From positions 128,001 through 192,000 of the forward strand of contig CAXXWC010000001.1 of NCBI GenBank assembly GCA_963668645.2: a DNA stretch of 64,000 nt, given 5' to 3'. Positions 1-7,983 of the stretch are shown here, in pieces. Numbering within the stretch: position 1 is the first letter of the stretch; every line of letters starts with the position of its first letter. Below the pieces are notes generated by a model. That model saw only the letters and a list, made by a program, of their open reading frames with translations, was not told the DNA's origin and did not search any database. The stretch comes from Desulfobacterales bacterium. GTDB taxonomy: Bacteria > Desulfobacterota > Desulfobacteria > Desulfobacterales > UBA2174. Both the position numbers and the translations under genes were made by a program.

Positions 1-1280
1 CGATGATCAAAGACGCGTTGACTCTTGCGCTGGGTGCGCGGCAGGGTGCCCGGATCGAGGATCTCCACCGCGCTGCGCACCAGGATCTTGCGCCGCACGG
101 CGGTAACGATCTGCTCGGCCAGGGCCGCATCGTCGTCCGCCGATCCGGCGGGGTCCCGCTCCACCCGGATCAACATCAGGTCGCGGCCGTTTTCCCGCTG
201 GCGCAGGTGGATCTGGAACTCGCTGCCCGTGCCCGGGATCTGGCCCAGCAGATGGTCGATCTGGCTCGGATAGATGTTCACCGCGCGGTAGATGAACATA
301 TCGTCGGTGCGCCCCACGATCTTTCCGTGCCGCGGAAACGGCACCCCGCAGGCGCAGGACCCGGGAATCAGGCGGGTGATGTCATGGGTCCGATAGCGGA
401 TCAGGGGGCTGCCTTGCTTGCACAGGGTGGTCACCACCAGCTCCCCGGTCTGGCCGGGCGCCAGGACCTGGAGGGTCTCGGGATCCACCACCTCGAAGAT
501 GAACAGATCCGCCCAGTAATGGATCCCCTCGTGCCGCAGGCAGTCCAGGCCGGTCCCGGGCCCGTAGACCTCGGTCAAACCGTAGATGTCAAAAATATGT
601 TCCACCCCCAGCAGATCGCGGATCCGCTGGCGCATCGTCTCGCTGCACCGCTCGGCGCCCAGGATCACCTTTTGCAGCCGGATCTTGTCGCGCAGGCCGC
701 GCCGCTCGACCTCCTCGGCCATCAACAGGGCCATGGAGGCCGTGGCGCAAAAGACGGTGGTTTGCAGGTCCACCAGCATCTCGCAGTGCATCTCGGCATT
801 GGCCGGGCCCACCGGCACGGCCATGGCGCCGAAGCGCTCGCAGCCGGCCTGGAATCCGACCCCCGCCGTCCAGAGGCCGTAGCCCACGGCGATCTGAACC
901 CGGTCGTGGCGGGTCAGCCCGGCCAGTTCGTAGCAGCGGGCGAACATGTCGCGCCAGACATCCAGATCCTTCTGGGTGTAGCACAGAACCTTGCGCTTGC
1001 CCGTGGTCCCGGACGAGGCGTGGATGCGCACCAGGTCCTCGAAGGGAGCCGCGCGCAGGGGAAAGGGATAGCCGGCCTGGAGCTGTGCCTTGCCGACAAA
1101 GGGCAGTTGCCGAAGGTCGTCCAGGCTGCGGATTTCATCCGGGCCGCCCAGCCCGGCGTCCGCCAGGTGCTGGCGGTAAAATGGCGAGTTGTCCCAGGCA
1201 TGGCGCACGGTCCAGCGCAGCCCTTCGAGCTGGATGCGCGCCAACCCTTCGGGGGTCAGGTCATGGTCGATAAAGGTCAT
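1..1280 (-). CDS. paaK: Phenylacetate/aryl-acetate--CoA ligase family protein (runs off the window start; last few codons missing)
   Basis: Not in the ORF track; translated by hand from ATG at 1280 (SD GAGGAG). MTFIDHDLTPEGLARIQLEGLRWT..., with the adenylate-forming motif IHASSGTTGK, then DIYGLTEVYGPG, RYRTHD and GRTDDM, all typical of the PaaK family. Substrate not determinable. Confidence 0.88.
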   Translation of the reverse strand, partial: MTFIDHDLTPEGLARIQLEGLRWTVRHAWDNSPFYRQHLADAGLGGPDEIRSLDDLRQLPFVGKAQLQAGYPFPLRAAPFEDLVRIHASSGTTGKRKVLCYTQKDLDVWRDMFARCYELAGLTRHDRVQIAVGYGLWTAGVGFQAGCERFGAMAVPVGPANAEMHCEMLVDLQTTVFCATASMALLMAEEVERRGLRDKIRLQKVILGAERCSETMRQRIRDLLGVEHIFDIYGLTEVYGPGTGLDCLRHEGIHYWADLFIFEVVDPETLQVLAPGQTGELVVTTLCKQGSPLIRYRTHDITRLIPGSCACGVPFPRHGKIVGRTDDMFIYRAVNIYPSQIDHLLGQIPGTGSEFQIHLRQRENGRDLMLIRVERDPAGSADDDAALAEQIVTAVRRKILVRSAVEILDPGTLPRTQRKSQRVFDH

Positions 1281-1300
1281 GAAACCACTCCTCTATTCGG

Positions 1301-1328
1301 AATCTCGAATCTCAAATCTCAAATATCG
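1301..1328. repeat. Short heptamer tandem repeat, 4 degenerate units
   Basis: AATCTCG AATCTCA AATCTCA AATATCG, overlapping the iorB stop and the iorB-paaK spacer. Confidence 0.6.
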
Positions 1329-1864
1329 AGTGCGGCTGCCGCACCGGCCGCCAGGGCCGCCAGGGCGCCGTCCATCAGCTTGGGCCGCGCACCGAGGGTC
1401 TGTCGAACGGCCCGGGATACATCTTCGGTGCTGCAAAAAAGCAGGGGCCGCCCCGTTGCGCCCTTGCTGGCCAGGGCAAAGCCGAGCAGAATCAGATTCA
1501 CCGCCCTGGGGTTGCCCAGATCCCGGGCGATGGCCTCGGCATCCAGAGCTCCGGGAAGATCTCCGGTGCCATTGACCACCGTCCATCCATCCGGGTTGAG
1601 AAAGGCACCGTGGGCCGCCAGATTCTCGGCCTTGAGCGCCAGCAGGCCGTCGGCCTGGCCCGGCCGGATCAAGGGGCTGTGAAAATCACCGACCTTCAAA
1701 TGGCTCAGCACCGTTCCGCCCCGCTGGGCCATGCCATGGGTTTCACTGGTAAATACCGGCAGGTCGAGGCTCATGGCCGTTTCGGCCAGAACCCGGGTCA
1801 CCAGCAAGACCCCCTGCCCGCCGACACCGCTGACGACTATCTGCTGGGATGTTTCGCGCTTCAT
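1319..1864 (-). CDS. iorB: Indolepyruvate:ferredoxin oxidoreductase beta subunit
   Basis: QIVVSGVGGQGV, SETHGMAQRGG and NLILLG motifs of the POR-gamma/IorB family; adjacent to iorA. Start chosen at MKRETSQQ. Confidence 0.9.
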   Translation of the reverse strand: MKRETSQQIVVSGVGGQGVLLVTRVLAETAMSLDLPVFTSETHGMAQRGGTVLSHLKVGDFHSPLIRPGQADGLLALKAENLAAHGAFLNPDGWTVVNGTGDLPGALDAEAIARDLGNPRAVNLILLGFALASKGATGRPLLFCSTEDVSRAVRQTLGARPKLMDGALAALAAGAAAALDI

Positions 1865-1891
1865 AAAATCTCTCCGCATCGGCGCACCGGC

Positions 1892-3712
1892 TCAGGCCTC
1901 GGCCGGCACGATGGATCCTTTGGGACAAACCTGGATGCAGACCCCGCATCCGCTGCACAGGGCCGAATCGATGGTCACCGGTTCTTTTTCCCCGCCGGGC
2001 ACCAGGGCCGGGCACTCGAACTGGGTCACACAATAGCCGCATCCGTCACAGGTGTCCGTCACCTGCGGCGCAAGACCGGCCGGCCCGCCCCCATTGCCGG
2101 AGCGATCCAGCAGGCAGGGCCGCCGGGAGATGACCACCGCCGGACCGTTCTCGCGGGCAAAGGCCAGGGCCTCCTTGAGCAGGGCGATGGTCCCCTTGAG
2201 ATCGTAGGGATCGGTGGTGCGGCAAAACCGGACACCGCAGCCGGCCACCACCGATTCGATCTCCACCGCCTGAACCATTTCGCCGCCGGCCCCGATCCCG
2301 GAAGCCGGGGTCGGCTGGTTGCCCGTCATGGCGGTGGTGCGGTTGTCCAGGATCACCAGCACGAAACGCACCTGCTGGACCACCGCATCGATCAGGGCCG
2401 GGACCCCGGCGTGAAAGAAGGTCGAATCACCGATGGTGGCCACCACGGGCGGCGGCTTGGGCGTGTCTTTGAAGGCATGGTAAAACCCGGCGGCCTGGCT
2501 GACCGCCGCGCCCATGCAAAGGACGGTGTCCACCGCGCCGAGGTTCATCCCGAGGGTGTAGCAACCGATGTCGCTGGTATAGATCCCTTTTGGGGCGGCC
2601 TTCTTGACGGCGAAAAAGCTCGCCCGGTGGGGGCATCCGGCACACAGGGTCGGCCGGCGTCCGGCAGCGGCGGGCAGGCGCGGCACCTCGACGGCCCGCC
2701 CGCCAAAATCGGCCACCAGCCCGGCCACGGTCTCGGGCAGCAGCTCGCCGACCCGCGGCACATGGCCCGATTGTTTGCCGCGCACACGGTTGCGGTCGGC
2801 AAGCTGGATCTCGATGATCCCGGTGGTTTCTTCCAGGACCAGGATCTCGTCGTAGGCGGCCAGCAGATGGGCGATGAAATCGGTGTGCAACGGGAAGGGC
2901 TGGCGCACCTGGTAAAAAGGAAGGCGTTCTTCCAGCCCGAGAAAGGCCAGGGCCTCGCGCGCATGGGCTGCGGCCACCCCCGAGGCCACCAGGGCCCGCC
3001 GGCCGCCCGCGGACGGGTTCAGGTGCAGCGGGGCCGTGCTCGGATCGGCGGCGATCTTTGCCAGCTTGGCTTCCAGCTCACCGTGAAGGGTAAAGCGGAA
3101 TTTGGGCGTGGCGGCCCAGCGCATCGGATCCTTCCGGAATGAGGCAGGTCTCGGGGCCGCCATGACCTCACCGGGCGCCACGTCCTGGCGGCTGTGGCAG
3201 ACCCGGGTGGTGGGACGCAGCATCACCGGGATACGGTAGTTTTCAGACAGGGCAAAGGCCAGCCCCACCATTTGGTGGGCCTGGCGCGGGCAGTCGGGGT
3301 CGAGGACCGGGATCTTGGCCATCATGGCCATCATGCGGCTGTCCTGCTCGGTCTGGGACGAATGGGGCCCCGGATCGTCGGCGCTGATCACCACGAAACC
3401 GCCCGCGGTTCCCATGTAGGCCGCGCTCATCAGCGGATCGGCGGCCACGTTGAGCCCCACCTGCTTCATGCTCACCGCGGTGCGCAGGCCCGCCTGGGAG
3501 CCGGCATAGGCGATCTCGAAGGCCACCTTCTCGTTCACGGCCCACTGGACGTGCATCGAATCGGTGCGCAAGGTCCGCCAACGGGCCACGGCCGCCAGAA
3601 TCTCCGAGGACGGGGTCCCCGGGTAGGCGGTGGCCAGGCTGCATCCGTTTTCCACCAGGCCCCTGGCCATGGCCTCGTTACCCATCATCAGTTCGCGTTT
3701 GGCCGAAGCCAT
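1892..3712 (-). CDS. iorA: Indolepyruvate:ferredoxin oxidoreductase alpha subunit
   Basis: GNEAMARG, YPGTPSSEI, MKQVGLNVAAD, CAGCPHR, TPP motif GDSTFFHAG...LDN and a C-terminal 2x[4Fe-4S] domain. ATG 3712 has a GGAGG SD. Confidence 0.93.
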   Translation of the reverse strand: MASAKRELMMGNEAMARGLVENGCSLATAYPGTPSSEILAAVARWRTLRTDSMHVQWAVNEKVAFEIAYAGSQAGLRTAVSMKQVGLNVAADPLMSAAYMGTAGGFVVISADDPGPHSSQTEQDSRMMAMMAKIPVLDPDCPRQAHQMVGLAFALSENYRIPVMLRPTTRVCHSRQDVAPGEVMAAPRPASFRKDPMRWAATPKFRFTLHGELEAKLAKIAADPSTAPLHLNPSAGGRRALVASGVAAAHAREALAFLGLEERLPFYQVRQPFPLHTDFIAHLLAAYDEILVLEETTGIIEIQLADRNRVRGKQSGHVPRVGELLPETVAGLVADFGGRAVEVPRLPAAAGRRPTLCAGCPHRASFFAVKKAAPKGIYTSDIGCYTLGMNLGAVDTVLCMGAAVSQAAGFYHAFKDTPKPPPVVATIGDSTFFHAGVPALIDAVVQQVRFVLVILDNRTTAMTGNQPTPASGIGAGGEMVQAVEIESVVAGCGVRFCRTTDPYDLKGTIALLKEALAFARENGPAVVISRRPCLLDRSGNGGGPAGLAPQVTDTCDGCGYCVTQFECPALVPGGEKEPVTIDSALCSGCGVCIQVCPKGSIVPAEA

Positions 3713-3744
3713 CTTATCTGGTCCTCCATGATCGAGCGGTTGCC

Positions 3745-3777
3745 AAAAAAAGCCGGCCTCCCGCAGAGGCCGGCTTT
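3745..3777 (-). terminator. Intrinsic terminator in the iorA leader (attenuator terminator)
   Basis: Minus strand AAAGCCGGCCTC-TGCGG-GAGGCCGGC-TTTTTTT, 32 nt upstream of the iorA ATG and oriented to stop transcription before iorA. Confidence 0.9.
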
Positions 3778-3869
3778 CGATTGTCAATGGCCGTGAGCCG
3801 CTGGGGAATCTGCCAAAAGCCTCTCACGGCAAACACTTGGTTGTCTGTCGTGCCAGGCGGCAAGAAGCG

Positions 3870-3911
3870 TCAGGCCCACCACCACCAGCAACGACCCTCC
3901 ATACAATCCAT
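3870..3911 (-). CDS. Trp-rich attenuator leader peptide MDCMEGRCWWWWA (or MEGRCWWWWA from ATG 3902)
   Basis: Minus strand ATG GAT TGT ATG GAG GGT CGT TGC TGG TGG TGG TGG GCC TGA: four consecutive Trp codons, lying between a sigma70-like promoter and a terminator. GAAGG lies 10 nt before the second ATG. Confidence 0.85.
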   Translation of the reverse strand: MDCMEGRCWWWWA

Positions 3912-3948
3912 ACCTTCATGATCTTTAACGCTGCTCATCATGGTTGGG

Positions 3949-3977
3949 CTAATACCCGAACCCGGCCAATTTGTCAA
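3949..3977 (-). promoter_or_regulatory. sigma70-type promoter for the leader-iorAB-paaK transcript
   Basis: TTGACA (3977-3972), 17-nt spacer, TATTAG (3954-3949) on the minus strand. Confidence 0.65.
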
Positions 3978-4089
3978 GACAAGTTGACAAAAAAGTTAGC
4001 ACTCCAGCGCCTCTATTAGAAAACATTCCCAGCAAGTTCTTTTGCCCCGCTGCCGCAGGTGACGGCTGCCTGCCGGGCATCACGCCTAA

Positions 4090-4159
4090 ACCCCTCCGAT
4101 GAGGGGTGCAAATTACTTCTTATGGGGGATTGTGAGCGCAATCGATTCCAGTTTAATCT
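4090..4159 (+). promoter_or_regulatory. Tandem 18-bp palindromic activator sites plus -10 box (copy A)
   Basis: ACCCCTC-CGAT-GAGGGGT (4090-4107) and TTACTTC-TTAT-GGGGGAT (4113-4130), 23-bp period, then TAATCT 23 nt later. Same layout as copies B and C. Confidence 0.6.
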
Positions 4160-4387
4160 TTAATCATAGGAAACTATAAAAAATATCACCCTGTGCCTTG
4201 ACAACTTTTCTGACTCTTTTTTGCGGCTCAAGCCGCCGGAAAATCCGATTCGTCCGGTGAAGCAGTCTCTCTTTCTTCTCTGCCAACTGACACACGCCAC
4301 TCTGGTGAGACACCCGGCGGCCGTACACCAAGGCCGCGGAAGGTGGCCATCAACCCCTGAAACAAATAGAGCAGGAGGTAACTCGGT

Positions 4388-5353
4388 ATGGAACCCTGGA
4401 GTCTGAACACATTACTGGTTTGTTTTGGCGGTGGCATTCTCGGCGCTGCCTTGGGAGGATTGTACGCCTTTGTTCTCTGCGGGTTAATTGTCATGGTGGG
4501 CTGTGCGATGGTGCTGTGCGGGGGATCGGACTTCATCCTGCTGCAGGTCGGTCTTGGTGCGGCCTTCGGCCCCCACGTAGGCGGCTTTTCTGCCGGCATC
4601 GTAGCCGGCACCTATGCGGCAGGCATCAAGAAGAACCATCCTGGCGGTGCGGCCAAGGACATCCTCTCGCCTCTCATGGAAACCTCCTGGGACGTACTGC
4701 TCATGGGCGGTATCGGTGCTTTGGCCGGTCACTTCCTGCTCCAGCTGATCGTCAAGATCCCGGTGGTCAACATGAGCGACTGCCTCGCGCTGACCGTGGC
4801 GATTCTTTGCATGGCCTCCCGGTTGATTTTCCAGAAAGAAATGCCCTGGGGCGATATGGAATCGATTAAAAAAACGGGATATTTCAACACGGACAGCTGC
4901 GCCATCTCATGGTGCCCCTGGAACGCGACCTGGGGCCGGCTGATCGTCTTGGGACTCGGGGTCGGCCTGGTCTCCGGAGCCATCGCCCTGGGCACCCAGC
5001 AGGTGCTGGCGCCGTTGGTCGAAAAAGGCACGGTTTCTCCTTCGGCCTCCTTTGTCGTCTCTTTGATTCTCGGCTGGTCGCTTGCGGCCATCAGCCTGAC
5101 AGGCCTGACTTTCGGCACCGGTTCGATCCAAAAGTTTCCGGTCTGGCACTGCCAGGCCGTGCTCGGCGCGCTGGCCTACCTGCTGTTCGGATCGCTGCTG
5201 CTGTCAGGTATCATCGGCATTCTGGCCGGTGTGCTGCAGGAAATCATGGCCCGCATGTTCTGGAATCACGGCAGCAACCACATCGACCCGCCGGCATGCG
5301 CCATTGCCCTCGGCACGCTGATGCTCAACATCATCAAGCAGGTCATGGGATAG
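4388..5353 (+). CDS. Uncharacterised multi-pass membrane protein (candidate transporter)
   Basis: 321 aa, many Gly-rich hydrophobic segments, motifs FGPHVGGF and HIDPPA, strong SD AGGAGG. No family can be named with confidence. Confidence 0.8.
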   Translation: MEPWSLNTLLVCFGGGILGAALGGLYAFVLCGLIVMVGCAMVLCGGSDFILLQVGLGAAFGPHVGGFSAGIVAGTYAAGIKKNHPGGAAKDILSPLMETSWDVLLMGGIGALAGHFLLQLIVKIPVVNMSDCLALTVAILCMASRLIFQKEMPWGDMESIKKTGYFNTDSCAISWCPWNATWGRLIVLGLGVGLVSGAIALGTQQVLAPLVEKGTVSPSASFVVSLILGWSLAAISLTGLTFGTGSIQKFPVWHCQAVLGALAYLLFGSLLLSGIIGILAGVLQEIMARMFWNHGSNHIDPPACAIALGTLMLNIIKQVMG

Positions 5354-5372
5354 TCTGCGGTTTTTTGAAAAG

Positions 5373-5417
5373 AAAGGAAAGGGGCGGCTTTTCTTCAAAG
5401 CCGCCCCTTCCTTTTTT
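5373..5417. terminator. Bidirectional intrinsic terminator between convergent genes
   Basis: AAAGGAAAGGGGCGGCTTT-TCTTC-AAAGCCGCCCCTTCCTTTTTT, with A-rich and T-rich flanks. Confidence 0.8.
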
Positions 5418-5451
5418 GGCGTCCTGCGTGGTTGAAAATCCAAGACCGCAG

Positions 5452-6612
5452 TCAGATGACCGGCCCCACCATATAGATATCCATGGAACTGGTGTAGCCG
5501 GAAATTTCCGCCTTGGTCTTTTTCCCCGAAGCGACCCGAAGTATCTCCTCAAGCAGCCGTTGGCCTGCCGCTTCCAGGCTCTCGGTGCCTTCCATCACCG
5601 ATGAGACGTTAAAATCCATATGGTCGTTCAAGTTCTTCCAGGTCTTCTCGTTTCCGGTCAATTTGATCACCGGCACGAAGGGAAAGCCCTGGGGCGCCCC
5701 CCGGCCTGTGGTAAAAGCGATAACCGTGGCCCCGGCCGCGGCCAGCCCGGTCAGGATTTCCGGCTCGCGGCCCGGAGAATCCATTACCACCAGCCCTTTG
5801 ACATCCGGTTTAACACCGTACTCGTAAACGGCCTGGATCGGGGCGCTGCCAGCTTTTGCTATCGCACCGAGCGATTTTTCCTCGATGGTGGTCAGCCCCC
5901 CCTTGATGTTTCCGCCCGTGGGCTGCCCGCCCCGGATATCGAATCCCATCTGAACGGCACGGCCCTCCATCCGCTCCACCAAAGCCAGCACCTTGGCTGC
6001 CGTTTCCTCGTCTTTGGCGTGTTTGGCCAGCAGGTGTTCGGCGCCGATAAATTCGGTGATTTCCCCCAGGATGGAGGTCCCCCCGGCCCTGACGACCAGA
6101 TCGGAGAGGATTCCCACCACCGGATTGGATGAAAGCCCCGAAGTGGTGTCGGAGCTGCCGCACTTGAGGCCGAGCACCAGTTCACTCACCGGAAAAGGGG
6201 CCCGCTTCTGCTCGCTGGCCTCGGCGGCCATCGCCTGGGCCAGCAGGATCCCCTGGGCCGCGGCCCTGGCAGCACCGCCCACTTCCTGGATAACGACGGT
6301 TTCCACCCGTTTTCCGGCCGAGGCGATGGCATCGGCCACCTGGCCGACGTTCGTGCTCTCGCACCCCAGACTGACCAGCAGCACCGAGGCAAGGTTCGGA
6401 TTTTTCCCCAGACCGGCAAGCACCTCGTTGACGCGCCGGATGTCGACAGGGGTCTGGCAGCATCCCTGGTGGTGCAAAAAGGCGGTCGCCCCGCCCACCT
6501 GCGAGGCGATGTTGGAGGCCACCTCGTTGGCGCAGATAACGGTGGACAAGACCCCCACGTAGTTCCTGGCGCCGACGCTGCCGTCTTTTCGTTCATATCC
6601 GAAAAATTCCAT
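5452..6612 (-). CDS. UxaA/GarD-family dehydratase, catalytic (large) subunit
   Basis: GYERKDGSVGARN, HHQGCCQ, SLGCE, LKCGSSD, GNIKGGLTTIEEKSLG and FTTGRG motifs. Confidence 0.88.
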   Translation of the reverse strand: MEFFGYERKDGSVGARNYVGVLSTVICANEVASNIASQVGGATAFLHHQGCCQTPVDIRRVNEVLAGLGKNPNLASVLLVSLGCESTNVGQVADAIASAGKRVETVVIQEVGGAARAAAQGILLAQAMAAEASEQKRAPFPVSELVLGLKCGSSDTTSGLSSNPVVGILSDLVVRAGGTSILGEITEFIGAEHLLAKHAKDEETAAKVLALVERMEGRAVQMGFDIRGGQPTGGNIKGGLTTIEEKSLGAIAKAGSAPIQAVYEYGVKPDVKGLVVMDSPGREPEILTGLAAAGATVIAFTTGRGAPQGFPFVPVIKLTGNEKTWKNLNDHMDFNVSSVMEGTESLEAAGQRLLEEILRVASGKKTKAEISGYTSSMDIYMVGPVI

Positions 6613-6918
6613 TTAGGATGCCTCCTTGCCTTTCAGATCGCCCCTGCCCCTGAGACTCTCGATGTTCTGGATATGGGCATGGGCCCCCTGCAGGATATCG
6701 GCGGTCGCTCTTCCCATCACCTCGCCGTACTTGATGATATCCGTTCCTTTGGCAATATCGACGACAGCGAACTTGTGCCCGTAGACGATCGCCTCTTTCA
6801 GGCGGATGCTGCGGGTTTCTTTTCCGGCCAGAAAATGGCAAACCTGCCCGGCCTCCAGGTCCTTGAGGGCCGTGGCGACGTTATCCCGGTGGCCGATCAT
6901 GATGGCATCGTGTTTCAT
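6613..6918 (-). CDS. UxaA-family SAF-domain small subunit
   Basis: DNVATAL, GHKFA, IIKYGEVMG and HIQN motifs; directly abuts the large subunit. Confidence 0.88.
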   Translation of the reverse strand: MKHDAIMIGHRDNVATALKDLEAGQVCHFLAGKETRSIRLKEAIVYGHKFAVVDIAKGTDIIKYGEVMGRATADILQGAHAHIQNIESLRGRGDLKGKEAS

Positions 6919-6969
6919 GCACCCGATTCCTTCCTGCTTTTGCTGGGGTTATCGATCGAGGCGGTGATC

Positions 6970-7968
6970 TCAACCTTCCTGCAATCTATCGATCAGTTCG
7001 GGGAGAATCTCACAGATATCGCCCACGATGCCGATGTCGCATACGTCGAAAATCGGAGCATCGGGATCGTTGTTAATCGCCACTACCATTCCCGCCTTGG
7101 CAAAGCCGGCGGCATAGTGATTGGCCCCGGACGCGCCGATGGTGATCATCAGCTTGGGGCTGATGATCTTTCCGTTTACCCCGATCATGTTGTTTTCGGG
7201 AATCCAGCCCTCATCGAGGGTGGGCCGGGTGCCGCCAAGCCCGGCACCCAATATTTTCGCCAATTGCGCCAGCGGCTTCATCCCGCCGAAGGCCTTCATG
7301 CCGTATCCGCCCGAAACGACGATATCCGAATCGTCGATTTGAATCCCCTCGGGCAGTTCTTCCACCATCTCCAGGGTCCGGGCCCTGAAGTCATTTTCAT
7401 CCAGATTCACATCCATGGTGATGATTTGGCCGGTGGCCTTGTCGGATTTTTGCGGCTTTTCCGCGACGCCGGGGCGCACCGTCGCCATCTGGGGCTTATG
7501 GGCCGGGCAGATGATATTCACGATCATTCCCCCGCCCCATCCGGGAACCGCCGCGATCAAACGGGGATTTTCCCCGCTCTTATCGATTTCAAGGCTGCAA
7601 CTGTGGGCGGTCAAACCGGTTTTGACCCTCGCGGCCACGCTGGGGGCCAGATCCATACCGACCACCGTGGCGCCCAGGAGCATGATTTCCGGTCTTTTTT
7701 CAGCCACCAGCTCGCTGATCAGCCGCGTATAGGCACCGCTTTGGTAATTGGCCAGGCGCGGATCACAAAACAGATAGACCTTTTGGGCGCCGTAGGCCGT
7801 CAGCTCCTCTGCAAGCGGGTACGCGTCGTCTCCGATCAAAACGGCAGTGGTGCTTGCGCCGATTTCGGCGGCCAATTCAGCGGCTTTGCCAAGGACTTGC
7901 AAAGAGACATCCAAAAGCCGGCCGTTTCGCTGTTCTGCCCAGATCCAAACCTCATTGTCCGTGCTCAT
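6970..7968 (-). CDS. etfA: Electron transfer flavoprotein alpha subunit (FixB family)
   Basis: PQMATVRPG, DIVVSGG and AINNDPDAPIFDVCDIGIVGD motifs; paired with etfB. Confidence 0.9.
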   Translation of the reverse strand: MSTDNEVWIWAEQRNGRLLDVSLQVLGKAAELAAEIGASTTAVLIGDDAYPLAEELTAYGAQKVYLFCDPRLANYQSGAYTRLISELVAEKRPEIMLLGATVVGMDLAPSVAARVKTGLTAHSCSLEIDKSGENPRLIAAVPGWGGGMIVNIICPAHKPQMATVRPGVAEKPQKSDKATGQIITMDVNLDENDFRARTLEMVEELPEGIQIDDSDIVVSGGYGMKAFGGMKPLAQLAKILGAGLGGTRPTLDEGWIPENNMIGVNGKIISPKLMITIGASGANHYAAGFAKAGMVVAINNDPDAPIFDVCDIGIVGDICEILPELIDRLQEG

Positions 7969-7983
7969 CTTTGCTTGCCCCCT

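Noticed and set aside
1301..1328. Heptamer repeat as a CRISPR or contingency locus
   Set aside because: Only four degenerate 7-mers with no spacers or cas genes; kept as a minor repeat.
3..1682. 559-aa plus-strand ORF, and many similar long antisense ORFs (e.g. 1610-3142, 10903-12570, 34729-36363, 45513-47504)
   Set aside because: Shadow frames opposite well-supported genes in GC-rich DNA; no recognisable motifs.
3824..3919. Alternative 31-aa leader ORF MKVWIVWRVVAGGGG... overlapping the Trp leader
   Set aside because: Only two separated Trp codons and no clear SD; the WWWW frame explains the TGG run better.
3996..4022. TTAGCACTC, the left arm of a CIRCE (HrcA) element
   Set aside because: The right arm GAGTGCTAA is absent after N9, and no chaperone gene is adjacent.
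5452..6918. Possible sulfolactate sulfo-lyase SuyAB (split UxaA family)
   Set aside because: It has altronate-dehydratase-like HxxGC and SLGCE motifs rather than the HAYGRLQFG-type segment I recall for SuyB, so it is not called suyAB.
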